A program made the translations under genes and the position numbers. 64,000 nt of DNA, taken from Longimicrobiales bacterium (GTDB lineage Bacteria > Gemmatimonadota > Gemmatimonadetes > Longimicrobiales > Gaopeijiaceae). Numbering within the stretch: the stretch's first letter is position 1; each line of letters begins with the position of its first letter. The notes below the pieces were generated by a model. That model saw only the letters and a list, made by a program, of their open reading frames with translations. It ran no database searches and was not told where the DNA came from. Positions 60,377-64,000 of the stretch are shown here, piece after piece. The stretch covers positions 352,001 through 416,000 of the forward strand of contig CBDCKN010000009.1 in assembly GCA_965218295.1 (NCBI GenBank), in the 5' to 3' direction.

Positions 60377-60799
60377 CTACTCGATGACCCAGCTGTATTT
60401 TTCCCCGGAGTTCCACCTGGGCGGGGGCAGCATGTCCAGGAGCGTGAGGCCGAGCGTGGCGTCGGAGGTGATCAGGGTCACGCCGACGAAGAAGGGCGTG
60501 CCACCCCAGTTGTCGAAGTCCAGCACGTAGTCCGACTTCGTCAGGTCGAAGCCGTCGGGGAGGTACGCAGCCATGCCCGTGGGAACCACGCCCCGGCTGG
60601 CGTCCGGGGGCCAGGTGTTCTGGTCCGCCTGGAACTCGAGGGCGGCGACGCGAACGACCTCTATGTCGGCATACGCGTCCGCGGCTCTGGCTTTCACCAG
60701 AACGTCACTCAGCTTGGGCTGGGCGATGGCGGCCAGAATGCTGAGGATGAGGACGACGACCACCAGCTCGGCTAAAGAGAACCCTCTGCGATCAGTCAT
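60377..60799 (-). CDS. Type IV pilin / pseudopilin-like protein
   Basis: RRG/FSLAELVVVVLILSILAAIA prepilin cleavage/methylation motif. Confidence 0.88.
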   Translation of the reverse strand: MTDRRGFSLAELVVVVLILSILAAIAQPKLSDVLVKARAADAYADIEVVRVAALEFQADQNTWPPDASRGVVPTGMAAYLPDGFDLTKSDYVLDFDNWGGTPFFVGVTLITSDATLGLTLLDMLPPPRWNSGEKYSWVIE

Positions 60800-61314
60800 C
60801 CGCCCGCCGCCTGTGTGGTTACGATCTCTTTGGCATCCTGCAGGAGCTCCTCCGCGGGTTGTGTGGAGACATAGTCGATGGTGACTCCGGAGACGCTCCC
60901 ACGGAGTAGGAACGTTGAGTCGGCCATGGCTATGTATTCGACGCCGGCCAGGACGTCCTCTTCCGTTTCCAGGAGAGAGTTGGGAAGCCTCCCGTTGTCC
61001 CTCAGGAACTTCTGGATGCGGGTGAGCTGGAGGTACATCTCGATCCTGAGTCCCGCCTCTTGCACGGCCACCGGCACCTGCGGGGGAGGGGTCGGCTGCA
61101 GAGGCGGCGGGGGGAAGACCCAGAGCCAGAAGGAGATGCCGGCCAGCGCAGGCGCCAAGAGAGGACTGAGCTGGCGGCGGAGCGGATGCGCCGAGGCGTG
61201 CTGGCGGCGGTCCGAGCGGCGCCGCTGATCGGCAAGAACGTCCGATAGGGCGTCGCCGTATTCGCTACCGGTCTTGTCTTCCGGGCGAGAGGGGGGGTGC
61301 TTTTCTTCGGTCAT
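60796..61314 (-). CDS. Hypothetical single-pass membrane protein
   Basis: TM segment followed by a Pro-rich linker; stop overlaps the pilin start. Confidence 0.7.
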   Translation of the reverse strand: MTEEKHPPSRPEDKTGSEYGDALSDVLADQRRRSDRRQHASAHPLRRQLSPLLAPALAGISFWLWVFPPPPLQPTPPPQVPVAVQEAGLRIEMYLQLTRIQKFLRDNGRLPNSLLETEEDVLAGVEYIAMADSTFLLRGSVSGVTIDYVSTQPAEELLQDAKEIVTTQAAGG

Positions 61315-61506
61315 TCGGCCTGTCGGGCGGGGTTCCGGTGTTCAAGGGTCAGCGATGCGGGTGCGCTCCATCATACAATGTACTAGCGCGGCGGCGTAGA
61401 GCCCAAGAATAAACATCGGGCCCGGCCCCCGCAGCCTTGTGGGCGGCCGCCGAACCGCGTATCAAGGTGGGACGCCCGTCGTATCGACCCGAATCCGGAC
61501 TTCGCC

Positions 61507-63036
61507 ATGTGGCCTTGGATCCTGGGGATCGCCCTGCTCTTGGTAGTGCTTTACGACGTCACGCAGAAGCGTCATGCCATCCTCCGGAACTTCCCCATCA
61601 TCGGCCACTTTCGGTACCTCCTGGAGTCCATCGGCCCCGAGCTCAGGCAGTACATCGTCACGGGCAACGACGAAGAGCGCCCCTTCTCGCGGGACCAGCG
61701 GAGCTGGATCTACGCCTCCTCCAAGAAGGAGAACAACTACTTCGGATTTGGCACCGACAACGAGCTGGAGCGGACGTCTAACTATCTGATCATCAAGCAT
61801 CGGGTCATGGGCTCGGGCCCCAGCGCCGAGGGCAAGGCCTACGGGCAGTCCGGGGGCGACGAGAGCTGCCGGGTGCCCTGCGCAAAGGTACTGGGAGGGC
61901 CGAGGCGCCGCGCGGGAGCGTTTCGGCCCGACTCGGTGGTCAACGTCTCCGGCATGAGCTTCGGCTCCCTCTCGGGCGCGGCGGTGGCGGCCATGAACGA
62001 AGGTGCCAAGATCGCCGGCTGTCTACAGAACACGGGGGAGGGAGGGATCTCTCCGTACCATCAGCGGGGTGGCGAGCTCATCTGGCAGATCGGGACGGGG
62101 TACTTCGGCTGCAGGGACGGGCTTGGGTATTTCCACATGGAGCGGTTCCTGCAGGGTGTGGACGCGAATCCAGTCCGTGCCGTGGAGATCAAGCTCAGCC
62201 AGGGTGCCAAGCCGGGTCTCGGGGGATTGCTGCCCGGGGCCAAGGTCACCCCGGAGATCGCCCAGATCAGGGGCGTTCCCGTCGGCGAGGACGTCTACAG
62301 TCCCGCGACCCACTCCGCCTTCTCCAACGTCGATGACATGCTGGACTTCGTGGAGCGCCTGGCCGAGGCGAGTGGTCTCCCCGTGGGGATCAAGTCCGCC
62401 GTCGGCGACCATCGCTTCTTCGAGGAGCTCGCGAACCTCATGTCCCGGGGCGATCGCGGGGTGGACTTCATCACCATCGACGGCGGGGAGGGGGGCACGG
62501 GAGCCGCACCGCTCGCGTTCTCGGATCACGTGGCTCTGCCCTTCAAGATCGCCTTCAGCCGGGTCTACCGGATCCTGGCCGAGGCCGGAGTGCACGAGAA
62601 CGTGGTCCTCATGGGATCCGGAAAGCTGGGGTTCCCGGCTGTTGCAATGCTCGCCTTCGCCCTCGGGTGCGACACGATCAACGTGGCTCGGGAGGCCATG
62701 ATGGCCGTGGGCTGCATCCAGGCGCAGCGCTGCCACACGGACCACTGCCCCACCGGCGTAACGACGCACAACCGCTGGCTGATCCGGGGCCTGGACCCGA
62801 CGTCCAAGGCCGCTCGGCTGGCCAACTACGTGATCTGCCTGCGTAAAGAGATCCTGCAGCTGAGCCGGGCGTGTGGCGTGCCTCACCCGGGGCTGCTCTC
62901 GGGGGAGCACATCGAGATTCTGGACGGGCGCTTCGGGTCCTCCAACCTCTACGAGATGTTCGGCTACCGGCCCGAATGGGGCTTCCCGTCGGTCCGGGAC
63001 CAGGAGGAGATCCGGGCGGTGATGGCGAGAGGCTGA
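61507..63036 (+). CDS. FMN-binding glutamate synthase family protein
   Basis: SGMSFGSLS, NTGEGG, EIKLSQGAKPG, GCIQAQRCHTDHCPTG. Confidence 0.92.
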   Translation: MWPWILGIALLLVVLYDVTQKRHAILRNFPIIGHFRYLLESIGPELRQYIVTGNDEERPFSRDQRSWIYASSKKENNYFGFGTDNELERTSNYLIIKHRVMGSGPSAEGKAYGQSGGDESCRVPCAKVLGGPRRRAGAFRPDSVVNVSGMSFGSLSGAAVAAMNEGAKIAGCLQNTGEGGISPYHQRGGELIWQIGTGYFGCRDGLGYFHMERFLQGVDANPVRAVEIKLSQGAKPGLGGLLPGAKVTPEIAQIRGVPVGEDVYSPATHSAFSNVDDMLDFVERLAEASGLPVGIKSAVGDHRFFEELANLMSRGDRGVDFITIDGGEGGTGAAPLAFSDHVALPFKIAFSRVYRILAEAGVHENVVLMGSGKLGFPAVAMLAFALGCDTINVAREAMMAVGCIQAQRCHTDHCPTGVTTHNRWLIRGLDPTSKAARLANYVICLRKEILQLSRACGVPHPGLLSGEHIEILDGRFGSSNLYEMFGYRPEWGFPSVRDQEEIRAVMARG

Positions 63037-63129
63037 GGGAGCGAGCAGGTAGGCTCGCGATCTGTCATGGGTGGCGCCCGCCCCCTATTTTGTCCTCATC
63101 AACACAGGCGCTCGGTCCGGAGGAGTACC

Positions 63130-64000
63130 ATGAGCAGTCAAAGTCGACGGAGTTTCCTCGGTCATGTGGCGGGGGGCGTGGTGGCCTCGGCTTCGGTCCC
63201 CTCACTTCTGCGGGCGGAGGAACCCACTGGTCTGGTAGGTTCTCTCCCCACCGATCTCTTCTCCTCGGAAGCTCGTCATCGGATGGATCGTCTGCGCAGA
63301 GCCGCCATGCGCCTCGGCCCCGGGGCCGCGGCCGACGAGGACTTCTGGCGGTTGGTAAAGGACGCGTTCCCCCTCCGTGAAGGTCTGATCATCATGAACG
63401 CGGCCAACCTCTGCCCCTCGCCCATCTCCGTGCAGCAGCGGGTCTTCGAGTTCACCAGGGACGTGGATCGAGACGCGTCGTTCAACAACCGCAAGAAGTT
63501 CGATCGGCTGCTAGAAGAGGCGCGCACCGGCCTCGCCCGCTACCTGGGGGCCGACGCCGACGAGATCGCCATCGTCCGCAACACCAGCGCTGCGAACGCC
63601 ACGGTCGTGAACGGGCAGGATTTCGGGTCCGGAGACGAGGTGGTGCTCTGGGATCAGAACCATCCGACGAACAGCACGGCATGGGACGTCCGCGCCGAGC
63701 GGTATGGATACACCGTCAAGCGCGTGAGCACGCCGCCGCAGCCCACGACCGCGCAGGAGCTCCTGGATCCGTTCCTGGCGGCCATGACCTCCCGCACGCG
63801 GTTGGTCTCCTTCAGCCACGCCTCCAACATCTCGGGCGTCATGCTTCCGGCCCGCGACATCGTGGCGGCGGCCCACTCCCGGGGCGCCCTGGCCATGATC
63901 GACGGCGCCCAGACCTACGGATGCCTCGAGGTCGATCTCCACGATATCGGGTGCGACTTCTATACGGGGAGCGCCCACAAGTGGTTCGTGGGGCCCAAGG
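63130..64000 (+). CDS. Class V PLP aminotransferase (isopenicillin-N epimerase-like) with Tat signal; runs off window end
   Basis: MSSQSRRSFLG; NAANLCPSP, DGAQ, GSAHKWFVGP. Confidence 0.85.
   Translation, partial: MSSQSRRSFLGHVAGGVVASASVPSLLRAEEPTGLVGSLPTDLFSSEARHRMDRLRRAAMRLGPGAAADEDFWRLVKDAFPLREGLIIMNAANLCPSPISVQQRVFEFTRDVDRDASFNNRKKFDRLLEEARTGLARYLGADADEIAIVRNTSAANATVVNGQDFGSGDEVVLWDQNHPTNSTAWDVRAERYGYTVKRVSTPPQPTTAQELLDPFLAAMTSRTRLVSFSHASNISGVMLPARDIVAAAHSRGALAMIDGAQTYGCLEVDLHDIGCDFYTGSAHKWFVGPK

Overview
A GC-rich bacterial window. Gemmatimonadota-like origin is inferred from gene content, e.g. a Ser/Thr kinase of the 'ALKVLKPELAAVVGAERF' type. Intact core genes (dnaE, ku/ligD, msrA, actP, an ABC exporter, an M20 peptidase, an FMN glutamate-synthase-like gene) alternate with decaying accessory patches. 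The most striking structure is at 5.6-13.8 kb, next to tRNA-Asn: four near-identical exported tannase/feruloyl-esterase (MHETase-related family) genes in two cassettes, each preceded by the same broken IS21 (istB) end. Differences between copies concentrate in short segments next to catalytic motifs. One copy is a predicted lipoprotein. Another has lost both cysteines of the CS-D-HC catalytic disulfide and carries a 5-bp duplication frameshift. Other notable loci are a MerR-HTH/TPR gene directly downstream of ku, a collapsed kynurenine/2-aminobenzoyl-CoA cluster with a creatininase/enoyl-CoA-hydratase deletion fusion, a GT2 + YdjC deacetylase + 2 methyltransferase + GT-C surface-modification operon, and a kinase pseudogene with an internal micro-inversion. 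Short tandem duplications (4-25 bp) recur across the window. All calls come from motif recognition by eye; no database searches were run.
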